Shown here: in pieces, positions 1-9,795 of the stretch
How the letters are laid out: the number at the start of each line of letters is the position of its first letter
Numbering within the stretch: the stretch's first letter is position 1
IMG/VR virus record: IMGVR_UViG_3300020473_000103
Coordinates: 1-27,802 of that record
Direction: 5' to 3' (one strand)
DNA from: a virus
Lineage: Duplodnaviria > Caudoviricetes
DNA: 27,802 nucleotides
Notes under the pieces: generated by a model
What the model saw: the letters and a program-made list of their open reading frames with translations, nothing else
The model's database searches: none
What the model was told of the DNA's origin: nothing
Position numbers and translations under genes: made by a program

Positions 1-3000
1 CTTGCTCCTATACTTGCTCCAACTCCAACCTCAAGACGATCAGTTACTGAAGTAACACCAGTCTTAGATTGCAGTACAAGATTGCCAGTTAAACCTTCAA
101 TAGTTCTATCTGCAACTTCAGTTCCACCAGGAACACCCTCTGTTGCAATACCAATACCACCAATCCATGCTCCAGACCACTCTTTTCTATGTGTTCCGAG
201 ATAAGCATCCTCAGAATGATCAGGGAATAATCCAGTATTAAACTGAACACCACCGTGGAAATGTCCTGTTCCACCAACACTTACATCACCACAAATATAA
301 ACACTCTTCTGAACACCAATACCACCCTTAGTTACAAGTGAACCTGTAGTACAAGAAATAGAATCGGTATCATTTGTAATATTGGTTAATTCTGTAATTG
401 TAATTGGACCGTTAAGTTTAATATTATTATTAACAATCAATTCTCCATTATATGTAACTGGTCCATCAAACTGTGAAAGAATTTGGTCAGATTTACCACC
501 CTCAACTAGGATTCTTTCTTTAACAATAACCTCATCAAATACAACACTTAAACGTGAAGGATCTTGACCAGTAACAGTTGGTACGGGAATATCAAATGTT
601 TGTTGTGTACCTGAAGATGCAGAATACTTAGTATTACCAATGAAGAAATCACCATCACTGTTCATACCAGTGTAAACAATCTGTCCAGCATCTCTTTCTT
701 GTGCTTGAGCAAGGAAGTTTTCTCTATCTGTTAGAGTTTTATTCTGAATCTGTGGTAAACCAGTTGAATAGTTACCTGGTCCATACCCAAGATATTCAAA
801 CGTCTGTCCAGATGCCCTAAGAATAGATGGTCTACGGAATTCAACAGGAATTGGTTTAATCTTCTTAATTAATGCTCCAGTAAAGTGATTTTCTTTTTGT
901 GTTCCAAGATAACCACGAATTGCTTGAATTTGATTGGTTCCAGCTCCAGTTAAACTACTACTAGAAACTCGTAAAATCTCATTTCCAACTTGAATGAAAC
1001 TACCAAGTTCAAATCTTGCAGTCGTACCAACACCAACACTTCCAGCACCAGTACGAGATTGAACAGCAAATGTAGCAATACCTGTAGTTACATCAGTAAG
1101 AATATCTTCCTGAAGATATGCAAATTCATTATCATAGAAAGGAATACCTCTTGATCCTAGATTTTCACCATCAACATCAGAAGTTAAATCATTGGCATTA
1201 AATCCATGCTTAAGGATACGAGCAGCATTTCCACTAATACCTGTAGCAAGACCCATCGTAGTCATTACTGCTAAAGTATTAATACCAACTACATCACTAA
1301 CAACATAATCTCCAATATTATTATCAGAAGAATCAAGTGCTCTTACTCTATTACCAATTACCAATCCATGAGCAGATGTACAAGTAACAGTTGTAATACC
1401 TACAACAGAGTTATAAACCTGAGAAGATGCTGATGCTGATGGAGCAACGTTAAAGATATATTGTCCTGGATATATCGTAGGATCTCCAGTTGTTGCTGCA
1501 ATAGAAAGAGTATTTTTAGAAAGAACATCTACAATTCTAAAGAGTCCGTCTGATGCAGTACCAATACCAGTTACCTGAAGTGAATTATTCTTTGAAGAAG
1601 AAATTACTGAGCTATTAATACCAATAGTTGCATTATTAAAACCATCAAGTTTTAATGTTGCTCCAGTCTGATATCCTGATCCACCTGCTTGAACTTCAAG
1701 TGATGTTACTGAATTTCCTGCTCCAGAAACAACTACCTTTGCAGTTGCACCATTCCAACTATTATCATTATTTAAAAGTTTAACATTATAATAAGTTCCT
1801 GGTGTATATGCTTGAGCATTTCCAGTAATAGTACTATATCCAACAATACCACCTAATCCATGCTCTAAAGTTGTAGTAATAGTTCCAATACCACCAGAAG
1901 GTGCAGAATAAGAACTTACTACAGGACCTATTCCAAATTTCTTAACTGCAATATCAAGACTTTCTCTTGAAATACTATTTTTAAGATCATTTGTTACAAC
2001 ATCACCAAGAGGAGATCTCTTCGCAAAAGATTTTGCAGAAGGTGGATTATCATCAAAATTATCACGATCTAACTGAGGATATATATTCTCAATTTTTTGC
2101 CCATATCTATAATCAGTAAATTCATTTGCAACTGCATTATCAGCATTCAAAATATACAAATGGTAAATACCATCTTGAACATTAAACTCATATGGAGTAA
2201 TAGTTTCTCTTCTATAAAGATAGAGGTTTGATTTTAAATCATTTCTTTCAAATCTAGGAAGACTAATATCTCTTACATCTGAATTTGTACCAGAGAAAAT
2301 ACCAACATTATGAACTAAACCATCAATATCGGTTGTTGAATATGTAAAAGTATTTCTATCAGAAATAGATGTAACAGAGAAATCACCATTAAATCCAGTA
2401 ACTCCAGCTCCACTTGGGTTTACTGAGGATTTTACATTTTTAATAAAAACTCTTTCACCAACATTTAAATTATGTGGTTCTGCTGCTGTTACAGTAACTA
2501 CCTTATTAGCACTATCATATGTGCATGTACTAATAAACTTATTATTCCTCTTATAAGAATAATCACTCTGTGTAATTGATGCTAAACTAAACTCAGAATT
2601 TGAAAGTGCTCCTGTTGTACTAGATTCCTGAAGAATAAATCCTTCACTAGGATCTTTTGCGTTTACTGCTTCTTTTGGAATTACAAAACGAACCTTATAT
2701 ATTTTTTCATCAATACTTCTATTATCAGCAATTCTCTTAAAATAAGTAACATCCGTTCTTGGTTCAGTAAATCCTGAAGGTCCAAGAGTAACAATACTAT
2801 TGTAAATATCATTAGCTGCTGATGTATGAACAAACCATCCACCTTGAACAGAATCATACTGAATAGGAGATCCAATATCTCCTGAATCTCTATCCGAAAC
2901 CCTACTCTTTATTCTTAAAGTATCACCACCATATAATGCAAGAGCAGTACCATTTTTAGCATTAGTTAATGATGAAGCAACTTTAATTTCATTACCAACA

Positions 3001-5105
3001 GAAGTTGTAATTGTATAATATTTCTTATTTTCAATTATATTTTCTGGTAGATCTCCATTATCACTAACAAGAATTATAGTTTCACCCGTTTGTAGATCAT
3101 GATTACCCTCCAATACTAAAGTATCATAATTAGGAGCAGAAGTTGTAGTACTTACAATATATTCTTTATTAGCAGAAATTGTTCCTACTGTAGCAGTTAC
3201 ACCCGCACCAAGTGTATTATCAGACATCTGAATCTGAACATTCTTAGTGCCAACACCATTAGGAAGATCTAAGTATAATAAATCACCACTTCTTGCACCA
3301 ACCCTATAACCCTGAATTAGATTAGGTGGTACATTATCTTTAGTATTAAATCCATACAAGTATAAATGACTTGAAATACCAGTATTAATAGTCTTAGCAA
3401 CATCTATTGAGATCCAATCAATAGATGATTGTTTCCAACTAGGAACTATTTTTGGTGATATAATAGACGTAATATATCCATGATTATCCTTACTAAATGC
3501 TTCTTTCTTAAATCCTTCTGCATGAAGTGCAAACTGACCAAAGTTAGAGTTAGAGTTTGTAATTGAAGCATCACCACCAGACTCAGCAGTAAAATGCTTA
3601 TTAAAACCAATAGCAAAAACAGATACAATCTGAAGAATTGAATCCTTTACAATCTTAATATGAGCAGTTTCCCAACCTTTTCTATAAACAGCATCTTGAT
3701 CCAAATGATAAACTCTCGCACTATCAGTTGATGATGATTGTGATGCAAGTTGAGCACCAGTAACTTTTGTAATTGGTAGACCACTATATGATCTAGTTAC
3801 AGGATCATATTTGACGAATGCACGGTCATCCTTCTGTAGTGAAATACCAGTAAACTGGGCAACAACCATACTTCTAAATCCAGAAGACTCCTCACCAGAA
3901 GCCCTCATACCATTCATACCCCATACAGAACGCATAGAGCAGTTAAAGATATATGGTGATGAACCCTTTACACTATCAGTTTCAATAGTAACCGTAGCAG
4001 CACCACCTGGAGATGCAGGTAGATTATTTCTTACAAATGGTAACAAATATGTAAATGTTTTCTTACCAGTTACAGAAGTAACAACAGTTGAAACATTATA
4101 ATCATTAACATTAACACCACGAATCTTAATTGGTGTACCAACGGTCAATCCATGATCTGTCTCTGTGTTAACCGTAATAATTGGACTTGGAGTTGCACTA
4201 TCTCCAGAAATAATACTTGTAATATTAACTGGATCAGTTGCAAATGCACCAACAATTTCCCATTCTGGTCTCTCTTTTGAAAATGCTTCTGGAGCAATTG
4301 GGAATTTTTGCTGAGAATCAATTCTTCTACCAGAACCTTCATTAAATGCATTGGATAATTTTGCATAATACATATCCAAATCAGTCTCATTATACCCAGT
4401 AGGTACAGTGACACCATCAGCATACTCAAAACAAGTTAATTTATGGTGAGAGAATGTTGGAGTTGCTAAATTACCAGAACCAGAAGTGAATACTTTATTA
4501 TCAGTATATACTAATTCACTATCGTCAGCATCAAACATGCTGAACTGCCAGAAATAACATTGACCAGTAATTCTGAATAATGCAGAATTAGGAATATTAG
4601 GATCAGTTGGGTTTGGAACATACTTGGGACGAATCTTAGTCTTTCTAAGATCTAGTCCAACAAGAGATGTACCTCTAGGTAATATAATACCACCATGAAT
4701 ACTATTAAACTTATATAATATATTGTCTTCTTGTGTTATATCAAAATTAGAATCTAAATCTAAACCAAAAACATCTTGAGCATTTGATGTTATTGCACCA
4801 CCAGGTGAAATTGCTTCTGCAACACTGGTAGATGTTTTTCTAATACCATAACCAGGTCTATTATCAATAGTATGATCACCTGGATATACTAAAATAGTTG
4901 TTCTTGAATTATAGTCGTTATCGTTTCCTACTACATATGAAAATCTTGCTGCTTCAATTAATGCTCTCTGAATCGTCTTAAACGGTTTCGTAAGAGAATT
5001 ACCCTGATTTGTTATACTGTCAGTAGCATCCAAGTCATTGGAGTTTACATATAGAATTCTACCCTCATAATTCTTGATAAAATTCTCTAACTTATTAAGA
5101 GGCAT
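1..5105 (-). CDS. Giant virion structural/tail fibre-like protein (conserved in cyanomyoviruses), 3' end runs off the window (>=1701 codons)
   Basis: ATG at 5105 gives MPLNKLENFIKNYEGRILYVNSNDLDATDSITNQGNSLTKPFKTIQRALIEAARFSY, an N-terminus I recognise from large cyanophage structural proteins. The same frame reads ...RLEVGVGASIGA at position 3. Probably absent from the ORF track because it has no stop in the window; I did not check every codon. Confidence 0.85.
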   Translation of the reverse strand, partial: MPLNKLENFIKNYEGRILYVNSNDLDATDSITNQGNSLTKPFKTIQRALIEAARFSYVVGNDNDYNSRTTILVYPGDHTIDNRPGYGIRKTSTSVAEAISPGGAITSNAQDVFGLDLDSNFDITQEDNILYKFNSIHGGIILPRGTSLVGLDLRKTKIRPKYVPNPTDPNIPNSALFRITGQCYFWQFSMFDADDSELVYTDNKVFTSGSGNLATPTFSHHKLTCFEYADGVTVPTGYNETDLDMYYAKLSNAFNEGSGRRIDSQQKFPIAPEAFSKERPEWEIVGAFATDPVNITSIISGDSATPSPIITVNTETDHGLTVGTPIKIRGVNVNDYNVSTVVTSVTGKKTFTYLLPFVRNNLPASPGGAATVTIETDSVKGSSPYIFNCSMRSVWGMNGMRASGEESSGFRSMVVAQFTGISLQKDDRAFVKYDPVTRSYSGLPITKVTGAQLASQSSSTDSARVYHLDQDAVYRKGWETAHIKIVKDSILQIVSVFAIGFNKHFTAESGGDASITNSNSNFGQFALHAEGFKKEAFSKDNHGYITSIISPKIVPSWKQSSIDWISIDVAKTINTGISSHLYLYGFNTKDNVPPNLIQGYRVGARSGDLLYLDLPNGVGTKNVQIQMSDNTLGAGVTATVGTISANKEYIVSTTTSAPNYDTLVLEGNHDLQTGETIILVSDNGDLPENIIENKKYYTITTSVGNEIKVASSLTNAKNGTALALYGGDTLRIKSRVSDRDSGDIGSPIQYDSVQGGWFVHTSAANDIYNSIVTLGPSGFTEPRTDVTYFKRIADNRSIDEKIYKVRFVIPKEAVNAKDPSEGFILQESSTTGALSNSEFSLASITQSDYSYKRNNKFISTCTYDSANKVVTVTAAEPHNLNVGERVFIKNVKSSVNPSGAGVTGFNGDFSVTSISDRNTFTYSTTDIDGLVHNVGIFSGTNSDVRDISLPRFERNDLKSNLYLYRRETITPYEFNVQDGIYHLYILNADNAVANEFTDYRYGQKIENIYPQLDRDNFDDNPPSAKSFAKRSPLGDVVTNDLKNSISRESLDIAVKKFGIGPVVSSYSAPSGGIGTITTTLEHGLGGIVGYSTITGNAQAYTPGTYYNVKLLNNDNSWNGATAKVVVSGAGNSVTSLEVQAGGSGYQTGATLKLDGFNNATIGINSSVISSSKNNSLQVTGIGTASDGLFRIVDVLSKNTLSIAATTGDPTIYPGQYIFNVAPSASASSQVYNSVVGITTVTCTSAHGLVIGNRVRALDSSDNNIGDYVVSDVVGINTLAVMTTMGLATGISGNAARILKHGFNANDLTSDVDGENLGSRGIPFYDNEFAYLQEDILTDVTTGIATFAVQSRTGAGSVGVGTTARFELGSFIQVGNEILRVSSSSLTGAGTNQIQAIRGYLGTQKENHFTGALIKKIKPIPVEFRRPSILRASGQTFEYLGYGPGNYSTGLPQIQNKTLTDRENFLAQAQERDAGQIVYTGMNSDGDFFIGNTKYSASSGTQQTFDIPVPTVTGQDPSRLSVVFDEVIVKERILVEGGKSDQILSQFDGPVTYNGELIVNNNIKLNGPITITELTNITNDTDSISCTTGSLVTKGGIGVQKSVYICGDVSVGGTGHFHGGVQFNTGLFPDHSEDAYLGTHRKEWSGAWIGGIGIATEGVPGGTEVADRTIEGLTGNLVLQSKTGVTSVTDRLEVGVGASIGA

Positions 5106-5141
5106 TGGAATATATTATAAATTTTTGGTTTAATCTATGGT

Positions 5142-5149
5142 TATTTATT
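5142..5149 (-). promoter_or_regulatory. T4-type late promoter variant AATAAATA
   Basis: NATAAATA about 37 nt upstream of the ATG at 5105. Confidence 0.55.
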
Positions 5150-5468
5150 CCATTAGATCTTCCTCTATATAGGAATCAACATGATCAGGAAGATCTTCTG
5201 GGTTTTCTAACTCTAATTCAAACAATAAAGGATGAAATTGTTCCTCAAGTAAGTATGAATAATAATTATATAACTCTTCAGTATTATACCTTATTTCATT
5301 ATCAGCAATTACTTTTATACTTGGCATATCTTCCTGAGATTCACCAAGATCTTCTAAATCATCAAATGTAAATGGGATTCCATTTATAAAATACATCAAA
5401 ACTATTTTGGTATTTTTATTTAACCAATCACTATACCAACAATATGTTGTATCGATCCTATAATCCAT
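5145..5468 (-). CDS. Acidic hypothetical protein, conserved cyanophage type
   Basis: 107-aa ORF collinear with its neighbours and preceded by TATAAATA. Confidence 0.75.
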   Translation of the reverse strand: MDYRIDTTYCWYSDWLNKNTKIVLMYFINGIPFTFDDLEDLGESQEDMPSIKVIADNEIRYNTEELYNYYSYLLEEQFHPLLFELELENPEDLPDHVDSYIEEDLME

Positions 5469-5489
5469 AGGAATATCCCAAATCTGAAA

Positions 5490-5497
5490 TATTTATA
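5490..5497 (-). promoter_or_regulatory. T4 late promoter TATAAATA
   Basis: Exact gp55 consensus about 22 nt upstream of ATG 5468. Confidence 0.7.
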
Positions 5498-5499
5498 GA

Positions 5500-5958
5500 C
5501 TAAATTCCTAAGATCTTACGTTGTCTCTCAAAATACCCATGAAGAATCCATGAACTACTATTCATCTTTTCTTCTCCACCAATACCAAACTCAAAAATAA
5601 CCCTATCATCATCTTTAAATCTATCATATTCAGGTGTATTAGTTTTACCCCGATCACCACCATTACAAAAAATAACCTTATCAGCAATACCTAAACATTT
5701 TTCAATAGCACCACAAGCAGATTCATCAGCATCATCCCAAGAAATAACAGCATCGACCATATTTAAATTTCTAACAATATCTGCTCTCTCAGTCCAACAT
5801 TGAAAATACTGCCCTTTCTTTCTTTTAAGCCAAGGATCTCCATTCAAACCAACTACGAGATAATTTGAAAGATCCTTTGCTCTCTCAAAATATCTTATAT
5901 GTCCACTATGAATAGGATCAAATCCACCAGTAACTAAACTAAGTTTATCAAAAAACAT
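5500..5958 (-). CDS. Cytidylyltransferase-like nucleotidyltransferase (RfaE domain II/TagD family)
   Basis: TGGFDPIHSGH (HxGH) motif, LVVGLNGD, ERA, NGGDR. Start placed at MFFDK (5958), which overlaps the upstream stop as TAATG. Confidence 0.88.
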   Translation of the reverse strand: MFFDKLSLVTGGFDPIHSGHIRYFERAKDLSNYLVVGLNGDPWLKRKKGQYFQCWTERADIVRNLNMVDAVISWDDADESACGAIEKCLGIADKVIFCNGGDRGKTNTPEYDRFKDDDRVIFEFGIGGEEKMNSSSWILHGYFERQRKILGI

Positions 5959-6095
5959 TATGATCCATCCTGATTCCAATCTGTATGCATACGAATAAAA
6001 TCATCTTCCTCATTTTCTTCCTTATCCTCTTTTTTCAATTGACGACGATATTCATCATGAAGTCTTTCCATCGCCTTTTGTTTTTCATTTTTCAT
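5958..6095 (-). CDS. Small charged hypothetical protein (45 aa, MKNEKQKAMERLHDEYRRQLKKEDKEENEEDDFIRMHTDWNQDGS)
   Basis: Translated by hand. It fills the gap exactly and overlaps both neighbours; below the ORF-track cutoff. Confidence 0.6.
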   Translation of the reverse strand: MKNEKQKAMERLHDEYRRQLKKEDKEENEEDDFIRMHTDWNQDGS

Positions 6096-6279
6096 TGAAA
6101 GCAGGACCAGCGTACTTTATTCTTTCTGGGTCAAGTAACTTATTTACAACTTCCATAACATCCATAAACTGTTCTGTTGTTTCACATGTAATCGTTCTTT
6201 CTTCTCCATCATCAGAAATGATAAGAAAAGATCTATTACATACATCGATAATGGTTCGATTTACCCAATCATCATCCAT
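6085..6279 (-). CDS. Small hypothetical protein, conserved cyanophage type
   Basis: 64-aa ORF directly downstream of a sigma70-type promoter. Confidence 0.75.
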   Translation of the reverse strand: MDDDWVNRTIIDVCNRSFLIISDDGEERTITCETTEQFMDVMEVVNKLLDPERIKYAGPAFNEK

Positions 6280-6303
6280 ACAAACTTTCCACCTAGTGCG
6301 AGA

Positions 6304-6332
6304 ATCATATCATATGTAGAAAAGTTTGTCAA
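6304..6332 (-). promoter_or_regulatory. sigma70-type (early) promoter
   Basis: TTGACA-N17-TATGAT with a TG extended -10, in an intergenic gap. Confidence 0.75.
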
Positions 6333-6335
6333 GTA

Positions 6336-8111
6336 CTAAATTCCGTAATCAGATCTAACTACTTCAAAATTATTCCTAATCTCACTTTCAGTTAAAGCAT
6401 GATCATAATATTTAATATTACCCATAGACCCAAGCCAAGGATATTTGGCTCCTGATGATGATGAAGTTTCACCCATAAATGTTGATTCTGAACGAGATCC
6501 AATCCACCCAAATCTTGGAGACTCATTATCCTCTTGAGAACCTATTGGCATATGCGTATTAGTATCCACACCTACTGCAACGCCATCAACATAAAGTACA
6601 ACAGAAGAAGAGGTGCTTATACCAGGTCCATATGTTAACGTAGTACCTGCACCAGTTGGATTACTATCAAAAGTAACTGCTATCTGATGCCAACTATCAT
6701 CTCTTAAATCCGCAGAATCAAAAGCAACTATATCATTAGTACCAGTAGAAGTCTCTTCAGTAAATGAAAAAGCAGGTTTTCCTTCACTATTATTTACTTC
6801 AGAACTTCCAAGTGAAAATTTCCAAACAGAACTTCTATCAAATGATATAATTGCTCTCTCATCCCTATTTCTTGCTGGAGATATTGTTCCACTTGTAGCT
6901 TTCACCCAAGCTTCAATAGTCATTGCAGATATTTGATCTTCAGAACCACTTTCATATTTTAAAGTCTGAATAAATAAACCTATTCCTGAATCAAATGCTG
7001 TTCCAGTCCATACAAATTCTTTTTCAGTTTCATTAAATGATACCCTACTGGAAGCACCTTCATGAATAACAGCATGATATTTGTTATCACTCATATCAGT
7101 CCAATCAGATCCAGCTGCCATAAACTTAGAATTATTTTTAGCATCATAATGTAATATTAATCCACTATATTTCACTGATGGTTTTTCTATATCGACTGAT
7201 TCTATTACATTTATTATACGTTGAGTATTTGCTCTATTATCATCAAATCCAACTTCTTCTCTTTCATGAGCCCAATTTTCTATCTGATCATCCATCCTAG
7301 CTTCTTTTAAAGCATTAATATCAGCCAATTTTGCATCTCTTAATATTCTTAATCTATTAATCTCATCCGTTGCTGCTTGTTGAGCAGCAAGACAAGCAAC
7401 ACATGCTGGCACATCTGGTCCAGACTCAGCAGTATTTGCCCATTTATTAACTACAACATGTCTTCCATAGTTTGGTCCACTTATATAAACATCATATTCC
7501 CAATCATAAAGTCTAAATGGGCTATTATAGTTTCTATTCGCACCACCCTCAGTTACATTACTAATAACTAAATCTTCTAAAGTAGCATCACCAAAAGGAT
7601 TTGGATTAGTTTTTTCATACTTATTACTATACTGTTCTAATAATATTTTATCACCATAAACAGTACTACCAACTCCAACAGCAACACCATTTAAATATAA
7701 AGTTCCTCTTCCATGCCCTGCAGGATCATTAATAGAACATCCAGCACTAATAGCAGTATTTTGTTCAGATATTATTAATTCCTGTTGAGTTCTTATTTGT
7801 TGATTAAATTCTATTATTTGCTTATCTAATGGTTCTAAAATAGCACTATATTCTTTTACTCTTCTACCAGATTCCTTAATTGAAGATTCTTCTCTAACTT
7901 TTGGACCAGTCTTAAATACATTAACTTCAGTAACTTTATCTCTTACCCATCTACCTTGATCATTTAAATAGACATCTGTCCTCTCTATACTACTCGGTAA
8001 AGTAGAACCAACTGCAATAGTTGCATCATCTCTACTATATACACCTTGTGTATTATCTAAATCTAGTTTATACGATGTGGTTAAATTTATAATATTGGGA
8101 TTAGTTGCCAT
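6336..8111 (-). CDS. Putative virion protein: coiled-coil N-terminal part plus C-terminal LamG/concanavalin A-like domain
   Basis: GLILHYDA...WTDMS, MTIEAWVK, DDSWHQIAVTFD, LYVDG, GSMGNIKYYDHALTESEIRNNF are LamG_3-type motifs. Confidence 0.8.
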   Translation of the reverse strand: MATNPNIINLTTSYKLDLDNTQGVYSRDDATIAVGSTLPSSIERTDVYLNDQGRWVRDKVTEVNVFKTGPKVREESSIKESGRRVKEYSAILEPLDKQIIEFNQQIRTQQELIISEQNTAISAGCSINDPAGHGRGTLYLNGVAVGVGSTVYGDKILLEQYSNKYEKTNPNPFGDATLEDLVISNVTEGGANRNYNSPFRLYDWEYDVYISGPNYGRHVVVNKWANTAESGPDVPACVACLAAQQAATDEINRLRILRDAKLADINALKEARMDDQIENWAHEREEVGFDDNRANTQRIINVIESVDIEKPSVKYSGLILHYDAKNNSKFMAAGSDWTDMSDNKYHAVIHEGASSRVSFNETEKEFVWTGTAFDSGIGLFIQTLKYESGSEDQISAMTIEAWVKATSGTISPARNRDERAIISFDRSSVWKFSLGSSEVNNSEGKPAFSFTEETSTGTNDIVAFDSADLRDDSWHQIAVTFDSNPTGAGTTLTYGPGISTSSSVVLYVDGVAVGVDTNTHMPIGSQEDNESPRFGWIGSRSESTFMGETSSSSGAKYPWLGSMGNIKYYDHALTESEIRNNFEVVRSDYGI

Positions 8112-8134
8112 TTTCGCATTAAATATAGTATAAT
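8105..8134 (+). promoter_or_regulatory. Possible sigma70-type promoter for the glycosyltransferase gene
   Basis: TTGCCA-N18-TATAAT upstream of ATG 8153; a late-like ATTAAATA lies within it (8118-8125). Confidence 0.45.
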
Positions 8135-8138
8135 GAAT

Positions 8139-8146
8139 TATTTAGA
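8139..8146 (-). promoter_or_regulatory. Late promoter variant TCTAAATA
   Basis: About 28 nt upstream of ATG 8111; the same variant precedes gp4 and the gp54-like gene. Confidence 0.55.
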
Positions 8147-8152
8147 TCTATT

Positions 8153-9136
8153 ATGAAAGTTGCTCTTCTTCTAACTGGATATATGAGAAATTGGGAGAAA
8201 CATCTTCCCAATATAAAAGAAAATATTGTAGATAAGTATTCAGCAGATGTTTATATTACATCATACAGTTACTCAGAATTATTTAAAGGATCTGGTTTAA
8301 TAAATGTCGATAAAGATAAATTAATTAAAGAATATCAACCAAAAAATTATATATTTAGAGATAAAGAAACTCTACCAGAATTTGAATTTAAAGTGAATGG
8401 ATTAGAAAGAAATGGTAGAGAGTGGTCATATAGAATTTTGAAACAATGGTATACCATATATCTAGCATTAGATTTGTTTGATCCAGAAGATTATGATGTA
8501 GTAATAAAATGTAGAAGTGATTTCTCTACAAAAAATTTCAATATTAAACCAGATAAAGACCTCGTAATTCCTGCATGGAAATATCATCCAGGTCCTTGTG
8601 AACCCAATGAATCATACATAGATTATTTTGTACATGGTAATGGAACATATATGAAAAAATACTTTAAAACATACGAAAAATTAAAGGAACTGCATGATAA
8701 TGATTGGGGCGATATCTCACTAGGAGAAATTATAATTAAATCATATATTGATCGATATATTGGTGCAGAACATGTTACATATGATTATGATATGGATTGG
8801 TTGATGCGAGATGAAATATGGGCTTCTGAAAAAGCAGAATTATTCCCTTTAGAAGGACTTTTTGCTATTAATGCACAGGCAGATGGAATAAGTGGATTTC
8901 AAAATAATAACACTAAATCATTATATCAAACTGATAATGAGAATTTATGGAATTCAAATCAATTAAGATTAACTCGACGATTTTACTATAGAATGTTGGA
9001 TACGGATCAACCAATAGGTGTCGAATTAACGGCAAAGCAAGAAAAGAATACTAAAGAAATTGAATCAAAACAAAAGAAAGCAGATTTATTAATAGAAAAG
9101 ATGCTATATTCTCATTTCTTTAACTCTAACCACTGA
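8153..9136 (+). CDS. Putative glycosyltransferase-like protein with a ~100-aa C-terminal extension
   Basis: MKVALLLTGYMR start, DVYI, YDVVIKCRSD and DYFVHGN match the pattern of a widespread viral/bacterial putative GT family. Lone + strand gene in a - strand block. Confidence 0.6.
   Translation: MKVALLLTGYMRNWEKHLPNIKENIVDKYSADVYITSYSYSELFKGSGLINVDKDKLIKEYQPKNYIFRDKETLPEFEFKVNGLERNGREWSYRILKQWYTIYLALDLFDPEDYDVVIKCRSDFSTKNFNIKPDKDLVIPAWKYHPGPCEPNESYIDYFVHGNGTYMKKYFKTYEKLKELHDNDWGDISLGEIIIKSYIDRYIGAEHVTYDYDMDWLMRDEIWASEKAELFPLEGLFAINAQADGISGFQNNNTKSLYQTDNENLWNSNQLRLTRRFYYRMLDTDQPIGVELTAKQEKNTKEIESKQKKADLLIEKMLYSHFFNSNH
8917..8958 (+). repeat. 42-bp repeat, copy A (inverted relative to 18117-18158)
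   Basis: ATCATTATATCAAACTGATAATGAGAATTTATGGAATTCAAA, encoding SLYQTDNENLWNS. Confidence 0.95.
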
Positions 9137-9795
9137 GAAGGATGTGTAGATCCTTGATGATGATTAAAATTATTTTGATTTAATGTAATACGTATATCAC
9201 CAGCAACAACAATACGTTCAGATTTTCTTTCCATAATCTTCTGTGTATTGTGAAATACATTACTAGGGAACATAACAACTGTTCCCTCTTTAGGAGTAAT
9301 CGTATAATAATTACAATTATACTTATTATATCCCAATAATGTATTTTTCTTATCTGCTATTTCAAATAATCCACCAGCAACTTCATTACAATTACTACGT
9401 TGACTAATACAAAGTTTATCTGATGTTGAATCAGTCTTTAGATAATATACAAAACTTATATTAGATTCATTATGATAATGAGGTGGAATAGATGGAGTAC
9501 TATCATCCTTATGATATCCGACCCAAGTTTTTATAATATTATAACTCAACAACTTATGGTCAACATTTAAATGTTCCATATATTGATCAAGATTATTCTT
9601 TAAAGAATTAAAAAATAATTTATATTTTGGTTCAAGATGAGCAAATATTCTTCCAGAATATTCAGGACTTTCATTCTCGTACCCATTAAACCAATAATCT
9701 CTTAATGAGTCTATATTATTTTTTTTAAATTCTTCATGACAATCTACAGTTCCTTGATAAACAACTAAAGGAAAAATCTCATGAACTTTATTCAC
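9112..9795 (-). CDS. 2OG-Fe(II) oxygenase (TIGR02466-like, HxH type)
   Basis: PHYH...SFVYYL...PKEGTVVMFPSNVFH...RIVVAGDI; GTG start. Confidence 0.85.
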   Translation of the reverse strand: MNKVHEIFPLVVYQGTVDCHEEFKKNNIDSLRDYWFNGYENESPEYSGRIFAHLEPKYKLFFNSLKNNLDQYMEHLNVDHKLLSYNIIKTWVGYHKDDSTPSIPPHYHNESNISFVYYLKTDSTSDKLCISQRSNCNEVAGGLFEIADKKNTLLGYNKYNCNYYTITPKEGTVVMFPSNVFHNTQKIMERKSERIVVAGDIRITLNQNNFNHHQGSTHPSQWLELKK

